Source: Candidatus Sericytochromatia bacterium
GTDB taxonomy: Bacteria; Cyanobacteriota; Sericytochromatia; S15B-MN24; UBA4093
DNA length: 64,000 nt
Reading direction: 5' to 3'
NCBI GenBank assembly: GCA_036676985.1
Contig: JAKFBU010000023.1
Location: forward strand, 32,001-96,000
The translations under genes and the position numbers were made by a program. Position 1 is the stretch's first letter. Each line of letters opens with the position of its first letter. Of this stretch, positions 29,118 to 37,765 are shown in pieces. The notes under the pieces are model-generated. The model was not told the DNA's origin and ran no database searches. It saw nothing but the letters and a program-made list of their open reading frames with translations.

Positions 29118-29753
29118 CTAAGCGTCGAGGATCGTCTCCCACAAAGTGCCGCGCCGCACCGGATGGCCATGCGCCGGCAGGATCCAATCAAAGGAAAGAC
29201 GCCCCACTTCCCGGATCGAGCGCCGGAGCATGGCCTCGTCCCAGGCCAAGAGGCTTGAAAGGATTCTAATCCGGCCCTTGGCCGTGGCGATGAGGTCTCC
29301 AGCGAACAGGGTGTCGCCGAGGCGCAGGCTCGTATGGCCCGGTGTGTGGCCGGGGCTCGGGATGATCTCGAGGTCGCCGATGCGCTGGCCCGGCTCGTAG
29401 GTGCGATGCACGCTCGGGCCCTTGACCCGGACGATGCAATCGGCCAGCCCCTTGATGCCCTCGCGCTTGTGCTCGCCATGGATGTAGGGGACGTCCTCCG
29501 CGGGCGCCCAGACCGTCGCGCCCGTCGCCTTTTCCAGGAAACGGGCGTTGCCGATGTGGTCGATGTCGTGGTGCGTCAGGAGGATGTGGGCCAGGTCGCC
29601 GGGCTTGAGGCCGTGAGAGGCGAGCTCGGCGAGGATGCGATCGCCTCGTCCGGGCAGGCCCGTGTCGATGAGCGTCGGCTCGTCGCCGAGGACGAGGTAG
29701 CAGTAGCTTCCCTTGGTGGCTTCCAGGCGGTGGACGTTCGCGCTGAGTTGCAT
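29118..29753 (-). CDS. metallo-beta-lactamase fold hydrolase
   Basis: IDTG, THHDIDHIG, PGHTPGH, FAGD, PAHG. Confidence 0.9.
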   Translation of the reverse strand: MQLSANVHRLEATKGSYCYLVLGDEPTLIDTGLPGRGDRILAELASHGLKPGDLAHILLTHHDIDHIGNARFLEKATGATVWAPAEDVPYIHGEHKREGIKGLADCIVRVKGPSVHRTYEPGQRIGDLEIIPSPGHTPGHTSLRLGDTLFAGDLIATAKGRIRILSSLLAWDEAMLRRSIREVGRLSFDWILPAHGHPVRRGTLWETILDA

Positions 29754-29804
29754 GTCGCTCCTAGGACGGGGCCCCCCGACACCATACCCTCGGCGGGTGA
29801 AAAG

Positions 29805-30749
29805 CTAGCGTCGCCAGGGATACAGCGTCTGGCCCATGAGGGTGTTGGGCACGGGCGTCTCGGTCGGACCGACGCCGACCGCGCCGACTTGCCCGCCCTC
29901 GGGAAGGTAGTAGGTGTCGAAGACCTGGTCCCAGATCGAGATCACCTTGCCGTAGTTGCAGTTGGCGATCGCGAGGTCCGCCGCGTGGTGCCAGCGGTGC
30001 AGCTGGGCCGTGTTGAAGACGCGGTTGAGCCAGGCGGCCTCGAAGTCGATGTTGGCATGCTCCATGAAGCCCGTGACGGCGTTCAGCGTGGCGATGAGCG
30101 CGATGACCGGCGCCGGGACGCCCAAGAGCAGCATGGGGCCGAGGTAGGCGAGCGTGCCGAGCCAGGCGTCGACCAGGTGAAAGCGGCCGGCGTTGAGCGA
30201 GTAGACCCGCTCCGAGCCGTGGTGCACGGCGTGGAACTGCCAGAGAAAGGTGGTGTGGCCCAGCCGGTGGACCCAGTAGTAGCAGAATTCCGCGCTGACG
30301 AGGGCGAGCACGACCTGCAAGGCGAGGGGGGCATGCACCGGGAAGATCCCGCTCCAGAGCCCCTGGGCCGCGAGCCAGGTGATGGCGACGGCGAGCGCGG
30401 TCTCGTTGAGGCGGGCGATGAGGGGCAGGAAGAGGTTGGTCTGCACGGCGTCGGTGACGAGGTCCCCGCGGTCGCGGTTCCAGCCGGCACGATAGGGCAG
30501 GACCCGCTCCATCACGAGGAAGATACCGAGGCAGACAAGTGAGATGCCGCCCGTCACCAGGCTGTGCTGGGAGGCCGGAAGCCCGCTCGCGATGAACAGG
30601 TGAGCGCCGATCACCAACAGGACGACCGCGGGGTAGAAGAGCCGTCGGAGGGCAAAGAGCAGCGCCGTCTCGGGACGCTCGAGCCCCATGGTGGCCTGCC
30701 GCATTGGCAGGTGATCGATCGCGGGCATCGTTAGCGGAAGCGTCGCCAT
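29805..30749 (-). CDS. fatty acid hydroxylase / sterol desaturase family membrane di-iron enzyme
   Basis: His boxes HRLGH, HAVHH, HAN, HRWHH, NYG; TM segments. Confidence 0.88.
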   Translation of the reverse strand: MATLPLTMPAIDHLPMRQATMGLERPETALLFALRRLFYPAVVLLVIGAHLFIASGLPASQHSLVTGGISLVCLGIFLVMERVLPYRAGWNRDRGDLVTDAVQTNLFLPLIARLNETALAVAITWLAAQGLWSGIFPVHAPLALQVVLALVSAEFCYYWVHRLGHTTFLWQFHAVHHGSERVYSLNAGRFHLVDAWLGTLAYLGPMLLLGVPAPVIALIATLNAVTGFMEHANIDFEAAWLNRVFNTAQLHRWHHAADLAIANCNYGKVISIWDQVFDTYYLPEGGQVGAVGVGPTETPVPNTLMGQTLYPWRR

Positions 30750-30780
30750 GTCGTCCCTCCCATCCTCGTGTACCGAGTTC

Positions 30781-30813
30781 GTTATCGAGCCGTTAAATCT
30801 CGACGTTCTTAAG
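30781..30813 (-). promoter_or_regulatory. conserved 33-bp promoter-like motif (sigma-28-like -10 CGATAAC), copy 1
   Basis: minus strand CTTAAGAACGTCGAGATTTAACGGCTCGATAAC; 26/33 identical to 47823-47855; about 30 nt upstream of the desaturase-like gene. Confidence 0.6.
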
Positions 30814-30922
30814 TCAAAGGCAAGCTTCGATTAAAGATCTTTAATGGCTGGTGACGGAGGGCGAGGGCCCGAAAGACGGAGCGCCCGTGATTGGGTACAA
30901 GATTCCAAGCAAAGGAGGTCCC

Positions 30923-31870
30923 ATGGCAACTGATGCAGTGGCGCTACCGTTTCCAAAGCGCCTGAAACTCTACCTGGACGAGCGTTTCCCGCTCACGACC
31001 CACCTGGTGGTGGTCTTCGCCTTCTTCTTCAGCAACTACTTCCTCGCCGAACGATTGCTGCACACCGGCCCCGCGACCCTCGGTCCCCGGGCCCTCGCCG
31101 GCATGGTCGCCGTGCTCCTCACGTTCTTCCTGCTGCGCATCTTCGACGAGTTCAAGGACTACGACCGCGACGTGATCGCCCATCCCGACCGGATCGTCTC
31201 GCGTGGCATCATGCCGCTCGCCGAGCTCCGCACCATGGGCTGGGTGGTCGTGGGGATCCTCGCCGCCTGCAACCTCTTCCTGGGCTGGCAGGTCTTCGCA
31301 ACGTATCTCGCCGTCATCACATTCGCCTTGTTGATGTACAAGGAATTTTTCGTCGGCGAGTGGCTGAGCAAGCACGTCATGCTCTACGCGTTGACGCATC
31401 AGGTGATCACACCGCTGCTCTGCTTGTTTGTTTACGCGATCGCCGCGTTCCAGGCCTCGGGCGCATGGCATGCGCCTTTCTGGCTGCAGCTCGCCATGGG
31501 CGCGGGCACCGGCCTCGGCTGGGAGATGTCGCGCAAGGTGCGCATGCCCGACGACGAGCATCCCCAGATCGACACCTACTCGAAGCACTTCGGGCCCATG
31601 GTCGCCTCCATGATGGCCTTCGCCATCCTCGTGTCGGGGGCGGCCTGCGCCTCGTACGCGGGCCTGCTCGCGGGCTTCCCGGCGTACGCCTTCGGGCTCC
31701 TCGGGCTCGGATTGCTGGTCGCGACCGTGGGCTTCGTGCGCTTCTGGCTCAAGCCCACCTCCAAGGGCGCCAAGGGCCTGGACAACTGGGCGGCCGTCCT
31801 GATGCTCCTCTGCTACATCGCCATCGCGGTGGGCTCCGTCGGCTCCGACGGCGTCCGCTTCGTCGTATAA
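30923..31870 (+). CDS. divergent UbiA-superfamily prenyltransferase-like membrane protein
   Basis: about 8-9 TMs; first Asp-rich motif RIFDEFKDYDRD..HPDR..SRG; second motif atypical (EMSRK...DTYS); RBS AAGGAGG. Confidence 0.7.
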   Translation: MATDAVALPFPKRLKLYLDERFPLTTHLVVVFAFFFSNYFLAERLLHTGPATLGPRALAGMVAVLLTFFLLRIFDEFKDYDRDVIAHPDRIVSRGIMPLAELRTMGWVVVGILAACNLFLGWQVFATYLAVITFALLMYKEFFVGEWLSKHVMLYALTHQVITPLLCLFVYAIAAFQASGAWHAPFWLQLAMGAGTGLGWEMSRKVRMPDDEHPQIDTYSKHFGPMVASMMAFAILVSGAACASYAGLLAGFPAYAFGLLGLGLLVATVGFVRFWLKPTSKGAKGLDNWAAVLMLLCYIAIAVGSVGSDGVRFVV

Positions 31871-31882
31871 GGAGAGTTTTCC

Positions 31883-34567
31883 ATGACCGGGGCAACCCAC
31901 AACCCGCTCACCGACGAGAAGGAGCTGGGCGGCAAGGCCGCCAACCTCCAGAAGCTCGCGTCGGCGGGCTTTCCGGTGCCGCGCTGGTTCGTCGTGCCCA
32001 CGAGCACCTTCCGCCAGTTCATGAAGAGCGCCGGGCTCGAGGCCGTGATCCGCACCCTCCTGCAGGATCTCGACTTCAAGAGCCCGGATGCCGCCCGGAC
32101 CGCGAGCGAGACCATCAAGCGCCTCTTCGAGACGAGCCAGCTCCCGGACGACCTCTACCGCGGCCTCAAGCGCTACTACATGGAGCACTTCCAGCCAGGC
32201 TCCTACGTCGCCGTGCGCTCGAGCGCCGTCGGCGAGGACGGCGACAAGGACTCCTTCGCCGGCCAGATGGACAGCTACCTGTTCGTGAAGGGGGCGGACT
32301 CCGTCCTCAAGTCCATCAAGCGCTGCTGGGCCTCGGCCTTTTCGGACCGGGCCCTCGCCTACCGCCACATGAAGGGCGTGGACATCTTCGCGGTGGACGT
32401 GGGCGTCATCGTCCAGGAGATGGTCTTCGGCGACGCCTCGGGCGTCATGTTCACGGCGGATCCGCTCTCGGGCGATCGCGACGTCGTCGTCATCAACGGC
32501 ACCTTCGGCGCCGGCGAGGGCGTGGTCTCGGGGGCGCTCGACACGGACTCGTTCGTTGTCAACAAATCCACGAAGCAACTGACCACTGAGCTGGTAAACA
32601 AACCAAAGCGGGTGGCGTTCAACGCGGCGCGCGGCCATGGCACCTTCGAGGCCGACGTGCCAGCAGTGCTACAAGATGTCCCGTGCCTCACCGAGGAGCA
32701 AGCCAAGGAGCTCGCGGAGCTGGGCATCGCCATCGAGGCGCTGTACGGCAAGCCCCAGGACATCGAGTGGACCGTCTACGCGGGCAAGCTCCACATCTTG
32801 CAGAGCCGTCCCATCACCAACCTCAAGGTGCCCCAGACCAAGATCGGCAAGGAGATCATCTGGGACAACTCGAACATCACCGAGAGCTACTCGGGCGTGA
32901 CCTCGCCCTTGACCTTCTCCTTTGCGTCGCAGGCCTACAACATCGTCTACAACCAGGTGGCGCTCACGCTCGGCATCCCGGGCGACGTGGTGCGCCTCAA
33001 CGAGCAGACCTTCAAGAACCTGCTCGGCCTGGTCCGCGGCCGCGTCTTCTATAACCTCGGCAACTGGTATCAGATGACCTCCCTGTTGCCCGGCTTCAAC
33101 TTCAACAAGGGCTTCATGGACCAGATGATGGGGGTCAAGGAGCAATCCGACTTCCAGAAGGGCGAGAAGAACTACTCGGAGCTGCCCAAGCTCTTGGGCG
33201 TCGCCTGGACCATCCTCGGCCACTACCGGCGCATCGACCAGCACGTCTCGTGGTTCCAGAACAACTTCAACCAGGTCAACGGCCAATACCGGACGTACGA
33301 CTGGAAGGCCATGCGGCCCGACGAGATCAAGGAGGCCTACCACGACCTCGAGCAGCGCCTTCTGTGGCAGTGGAAGGCCCCGATCCTGACGGACATCTCG
33401 GCCATGGTCTTCTACGGCGTCCTCAAGAAGCTCTGCGTGGGCTGGTGCGGCGACGAGACCGGCTCCTTGCAGAATGACCTCTTGTGCGGCGAGGGCGAGA
33501 TCGAGTCCACCGAGCCCACCAAGGCCATCATGCGCATGGCGCTCGCCGCCAAGGCAGACCCCAAGCTCAAGACCTTTTTCGAGACGCACAAGGAGTCCGA
33601 GATCTGGAGCCTGCTCAAGCAGGACGAGAGCCTCAAGGGCATGCGGGACCTGGTCCAGGACTTCCTGGACAAGTACGGCTACCGCTGCATGAACGAGCTC
33701 AAGCTGGAGGAGAAGAACCTCAAGGAGGATCCGTCCTTCATCTTCTCGATGGTCAAGAACTACCTCAAGATGGAGAACCTGGACATCCAGGCCATGGAGG
33801 CCAACGAGAAGCGGATCCGGAACGAGGCCGAGGCCAAGATCCGGCAGAAACTGGGCGGCAACCCCTTCCGATACGGCTTCTTCATGTGGGTGGTCAAGAA
33901 CGCGCGCAAGCACGTCAAGAACCGCGAGAACATGCGCTTTGCCCGCACGAAGATCTTCGGCATCCTGCGCGACATGTTCCAGTCCATCGGCGCCACCTTC
34001 TACCAGTGGGAGCTTTTGGACGACAGCCAGGACATCTTCTACCTGAACCTCGAGGAGATCTGGGGCTTCATCCAGGGCACGGCGACGAGCACCAACCTGC
34101 GGGGCCTGGCGGCCCTGCGCAAGGCCGAGTTCGACCGCTACCGGGCCGAGGACGTGGACGATCGCTTCAAATCCTACGGCACGGTCTGGTACGCCAACCA
34201 CTTCGTGGGCGAGGTGCCCGCCGACCAGGGTCCGGTGGATCCGAACGTCCTCAAGGGCATCAGCTGCTGCCCGGGCGTGGTCAAGAACACGGTGCGCGTC
34301 ATCCGCTCGCCCGAGGACGACATGAGCCTCAACGGCCAGATCCTCGTCGCCGAGCGCACGGATCCGGGCTGGGTGCCCCTGTACCCGGCGGCCTCCGGCC
34401 TGCTCATCGAGCGCGGCAGCATCCTGAGCCACTCGGCCATCGTCGCCCGTGAGCTCGGCCTGCCCACCATCGTGGGCATCAAGAACCTGACCAAGCGCCT
34501 CAAGGACGGCCAACTCGTCGAGATGGACGCCCGCCAGGGCACGGTCCGGCTGAACCCCGACGAGTAG
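31883..34567 (+). CDS. PEP-utilising/dikinase-fold enzyme, rifampin phosphotransferase/PigC architecture
   Basis: N-terminal ATP-grasp (GGKAANL, VAVRSSA.GED...SFAGQ, DIEW, LQSRPIT), large central domain, C-terminal phospho-His swivel (TDPGWVPL...GSILSHSAIVARELGLP). Confidence 0.88.
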   Translation: MTGATHNPLTDEKELGGKAANLQKLASAGFPVPRWFVVPTSTFRQFMKSAGLEAVIRTLLQDLDFKSPDAARTASETIKRLFETSQLPDDLYRGLKRYYMEHFQPGSYVAVRSSAVGEDGDKDSFAGQMDSYLFVKGADSVLKSIKRCWASAFSDRALAYRHMKGVDIFAVDVGVIVQEMVFGDASGVMFTADPLSGDRDVVVINGTFGAGEGVVSGALDTDSFVVNKSTKQLTTELVNKPKRVAFNAARGHGTFEADVPAVLQDVPCLTEEQAKELAELGIAIEALYGKPQDIEWTVYAGKLHILQSRPITNLKVPQTKIGKEIIWDNSNITESYSGVTSPLTFSFASQAYNIVYNQVALTLGIPGDVVRLNEQTFKNLLGLVRGRVFYNLGNWYQMTSLLPGFNFNKGFMDQMMGVKEQSDFQKGEKNYSELPKLLGVAWTILGHYRRIDQHVSWFQNNFNQVNGQYRTYDWKAMRPDEIKEAYHDLEQRLLWQWKAPILTDISAMVFYGVLKKLCVGWCGDETGSLQNDLLCGEGEIESTEPTKAIMRMALAAKADPKLKTFFETHKESEIWSLLKQDESLKGMRDLVQDFLDKYGYRCMNELKLEEKNLKEDPSFIFSMVKNYLKMENLDIQAMEANEKRIRNEAEAKIRQKLGGNPFRYGFFMWVVKNARKHVKNRENMRFARTKIFGILRDMFQSIGATFYQWELLDDSQDIFYLNLEEIWGFIQGTATSTNLRGLAALRKAEFDRYRAEDVDDRFKSYGTVWYANHFVGEVPADQGPVDPNVLKGISCCPGVVKNTVRVIRSPEDDMSLNGQILVAERTDPGWVPLYPAASGLLIERGSILSHSAIVARELGLPTIVGIKNLTKRLKDGQLVEMDARQGTVRLNPDE

Positions 34568-34582
34568 CAACGGAGTTCGACT

Positions 34583-34617
34583 CGAGGGCCTCCTCCCGAT
34601 GCGGGAGGAGGCCCTCG
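34583..34617 (+). terminator. 16-bp hairpin after the dikinase gene
   Basis: CGAGGGCCTCCTCCCG-atg-CGGGAGGAGGCCCTCG; weak U tract. Confidence 0.6.
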
Positions 34618-34698
34618 CCGTCTGTTGCGGACGGCGTTCCCAATCGATCCCGTCGGGTATATAGAGCGTGTTTGCCCCTCGAGAAAGGCCCCCTCGCC

Positions 34699-35682
34699 AT
34701 GAAGCTCCGCCCGGCCCTCGCCGCCCTCCTCTTCGTCACGCTCGCGGCCACGCCCGGCGCCCTAGCTGCCGTCGAGCCGACCGAGACCGCCATCCGTGCC
34801 TCCTTCGAGCGACTGCAGTCGGCCATGGACCGTAACAACAACAAGGTCGCCCTGCCGCTCGCGGGCGAGATCCTAGAGGCCGCCCGAAAGTCAGGTAGCC
34901 TGGCGCTCGTGGCCGAGGCCCTCCTGATGCACGGTGAGGTCTACCTGGGGCTCGACAAGATGCAGGAAGCCAAGAGCTACCTATTGAACGCGCTGGGGCT
35001 CGCCGTCGAGGTCGGGGACAAGCGAGTCCACGCCAACGCCCTCAACGACCTGGGCATCGTCGCCGAGCGGGCCGGTCGGGTCAACGGGGCCGAGAGCTAC
35101 TACCGCCAGTCCCTCGCCATCGCGGAGACCCTGGACGACCCGCTCCTCCTGGATGCAGCGACCTTCGACCTGGGCGCCATCGAGTGCGAGAAGGGGGACT
35201 ACGACAGCGGCTACCCGCGCCTCAAGTCGGTCCTCGATCGCTCGAAGAAGCGCAAGGACGACCTCAGCGCCGCCAGGGTCCTGGTGAAGATCGCAAGCGT
35301 AGAGCGCGAGATGAAGAAGCCCGATCAGGCCGCCGCCAGCGCCGCCGAGGCCCTGGGGCTGGGTCGCGCCGTCGGCTACTATCCCACCCAGCATGGAGCC
35401 CTCCGGGTGCTCGCCATGCTCGCCATGGACAAGAATGACTTCACCGAAGCCGAGTCCAAGCTGAGAGAGGCGCTCGGCGTCGCCCGGGAGAGCGAGGACG
35501 ACTGGGCGCTCGCCCATGCCTCCCTGGATCTGGGCCAGTTCTATGCCGCCAAGCAGCGCCACAAGGAGGCCGTCACCCAGCTCATCACGGCCCAGCGCAC
35601 GTTCCGCAAGCTCGGTGAGAAAGACGCGGTCGAGAACATCCGCAAGCTGCTCAACCAGCTCGAAGGCGGCAAGGCGCTCTAG
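34699..35682 (+). CDS. exported tetratricopeptide repeat protein
   Basis: signal peptide MKLRPALAALLFVTLAATPGALA; TPR-like repeats (ALNDLG...AESYYRQSLAIA). Confidence 0.8.
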   Translation: MKLRPALAALLFVTLAATPGALAAVEPTETAIRASFERLQSAMDRNNNKVALPLAGEILEAARKSGSLALVAEALLMHGEVYLGLDKMQEAKSYLLNALGLAVEVGDKRVHANALNDLGIVAERAGRVNGAESYYRQSLAIAETLDDPLLLDAATFDLGAIECEKGDYDSGYPRLKSVLDRSKKRKDDLSAARVLVKIASVEREMKKPDQAAASAAEALGLGRAVGYYPTQHGALRVLAMLAMDKNDFTEAESKLREALGVARESEDDWALAHASLDLGQFYAAKQRHKEAVTQLITAQRTFRKLGEKDAVENIRKLLNQLEGGKAL

Positions 35683-35694
35683 AGGAGTCCCACC

Positions 35695-37380
35695 ATGCGC
35701 CCCGCCGACAAGATCCTCGCCCCGCAGGACAACGTCTTCCGGTACCTGAGCCATTGGGCCGCCACGTCCCCCGACCAGCCCGCCGTGGTCATGCCGGGCA
35801 AGCCCAGAGCCGACGGCAGCGTGCCCTACGAGCAGCTCTCGTTCGCCGAGCTGGAGGGCCGGGTCAACCGGCTGGCGGCGGCCCTCAAGGCCCGGGGCAT
35901 CGAGCGCGGCGATCGCATCGTCGTCATGATCCCCATGAGCATGGAGCTCTACACGCTCTTGCTCGCCTGTCTCAAGATCGCGGCCGTCATCGTCTTCATC
36001 GACCCCTGGGTGGGGCTCGACCAGATCCGGCGCTGCATCGAGCTGACCCAGCCCAAGGCCTTCGCGGGCATCCCGCTCATCCAGCTCTTGGCCCGGTCCA
36101 TGGGCATCCTCAAGCCCATCCCCCTGCGCCTCACGGCCAGGGGCCGCGCCCGCTTCGGCGAGCTCCAGCTCGAGAAGCTGATGGACGAGCAAGCCCCTCC
36201 GGTCGAGACAGAGCGGGTGGAGCCCGACACCACGGCCCTCATCACCTTCACCACGGGCAGCACGGGCACTCCCAAGGGCGCGAATCGCACGCACGGCTTT
36301 CTCGTGGCCCAGCACCTGGCCCTCTCGCGCGAGATGGGGCTGAGGCCCGGTGAGGCGGACCTCACGACCCTGCCCATCTTCGTCCTCAACAACCTGGCCT
36401 CGGGCGTGACGAGCATCCTGCCCCTGTCGTCCAAGCCGGGCGCCGTCGATCCGGCCGTCATCTTCCGGCAGATCCAGGACTTCGAGCCCCGCACCGCCGT
36501 GGGCTCGCCCGCCTACTGGCTGCCCATCGCCGACCACTGCCTCGAAATGGGTCTGACGCTGCCCACCATCCGCTCGGTCTTCACGGGCGGCGGCCCGGTA
36601 CCCCCCGGGCTCCTGGGCAAGCTGCGGCGCATCCTGCCGCACGGTGAGGCCTTCATCGGCTACGGCTCCACCGAGGCCGAGCCCATCGCCATCATCGGCG
36701 CGGACGAGGTCTGCGACGAGACGGGGCCCCGGACCGAGGCGGGCGACGGCAACTGCGTGGGGCATCTCGCGCCGGGCATCGACCTCAAGGTCATCCGCGT
36801 CATCCCCGGTCCCGTGACGCTCGGCCCCGAGGGCTGGAGCGACCTGGAGCTGCCGCATGGGGCCATCGGCGAGCTCGTCGTGACGGGCGACCACGTGGGC
36901 AAGGACTACTACCGCAACCCCGAGGCGGTCAAGGAGAACAAGATCAAGGCCCCCGACGGCCGTATCTGGCATCGCCTGGGAGACGTGGGCTACCTGGACG
37001 ACCAGCAGCGCATCTGGCTGGTGGGCCGGGTCAACAACGTCGTGACCCGCGGTCCCAAGGCCATCTACCCCATCCAGGCCGAGGCGATCGCCCACCAGCT
37101 CCCCTTCGTCGAGAAGGCGGCGCTCGTGGGCCTGGACGATCCTGAGCTCGGCCACCGGGTGGCGTTCGTCGTGATCCCCCACGAGAAGCACCCCGTCCAG
37201 TGGATTCGCAAGCGCCACGAGTGGGAGCTGAGGATCCGCGACCACCTGGAGCGCCATGGCATCCCCCTGGATGCCATCCTCTTCACGCGTCGCCTGCCTC
37301 TGGACCCTCGGCACCAGACCAAGATCGACTACGGCAAGCTCCAGCGCCTTATCGCCAAGCAAGCGAAGCCTCGCCCCTGA
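35695..37380 (+). CDS. AMP-dependent ligase, OleC (beta-lactone synthetase)-like
   Basis: FTTGSTGTPKGA, YGSTEAEP, GELVVTGDHV, WHRLGDVG, C-terminal DPRHQTKIDY (OleC-type A10 motif). Confidence 0.85.
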   Translation: MRPADKILAPQDNVFRYLSHWAATSPDQPAVVMPGKPRADGSVPYEQLSFAELEGRVNRLAAALKARGIERGDRIVVMIPMSMELYTLLLACLKIAAVIVFIDPWVGLDQIRRCIELTQPKAFAGIPLIQLLARSMGILKPIPLRLTARGRARFGELQLEKLMDEQAPPVETERVEPDTTALITFTTGSTGTPKGANRTHGFLVAQHLALSREMGLRPGEADLTTLPIFVLNNLASGVTSILPLSSKPGAVDPAVIFRQIQDFEPRTAVGSPAYWLPIADHCLEMGLTLPTIRSVFTGGGPVPPGLLGKLRRILPHGEAFIGYGSTEAEPIAIIGADEVCDETGPRTEAGDGNCVGHLAPGIDLKVIRVIPGPVTLGPEGWSDLELPHGAIGELVVTGDHVGKDYYRNPEAVKENKIKAPDGRIWHRLGDVGYLDDQQRIWLVGRVNNVVTRGPKAIYPIQAEAIAHQLPFVEKAALVGLDDPELGHRVAFVVIPHEKHPVQWIRKRHEWELRIRDHLERHGIPLDAILFTRRLPLDPRHQTKIDYGKLQRLIAKQAKPRP

Positions 37381-37474
37381 GTGCCCTCGATCGAGGAAAT
37401 GGTGACGGGTCGCATATTTCAGGGGCCTATGTTAGGTTTAGGATCGAACCATCCCACCTAGCACTGGAGCAATC

Positions 37475-37672
37475 ATGGAACTGGACATCGCCACCATCCG
37501 CGAATTCCTCGAGCAGAACAGCTTCGAAACCACCGACTGGTTCCGCGGCTTCACCCAGGGCCTGATCCTGGCCGAGGTCATGGACACCTACGAAGTCGAG
37601 CGCCTGGAGGACTACTGGAACGACCTGCGCGGCTTCGAGGGCGAAGAGGAAGAAGAAGAGGAAGAACAGTAA
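37475..37672 (+). CDS. small very acidic hypothetical protein (65 aa)
   Basis: GGAG RBS, genome-typical codons, poly-Glu C-terminus. Confidence 0.7.
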   Translation: MELDIATIREFLEQNSFETTDWFRGFTQGLILAEVMDTYEVERLEDYWNDLRGFEGEEEEEEEEQ

Positions 37673-37765
37673 AACGCACGCGGCGGGCCATCCGGGGCTT
37701 GCCCGGTCGGCTGGTCAACATGTAGACTGGTATTATGTTCGACCGCTGCTGCCCCTTCCACCCGC

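Noticed and set aside
31883-34567. Calling the dikinase ppsA or a rifampin-resistance gene
   Set aside because: It lacks the C-terminal PEP/pyruvate-binding barrel of PpsA; it shares only the RPH architecture, and its context is biosynthetic.
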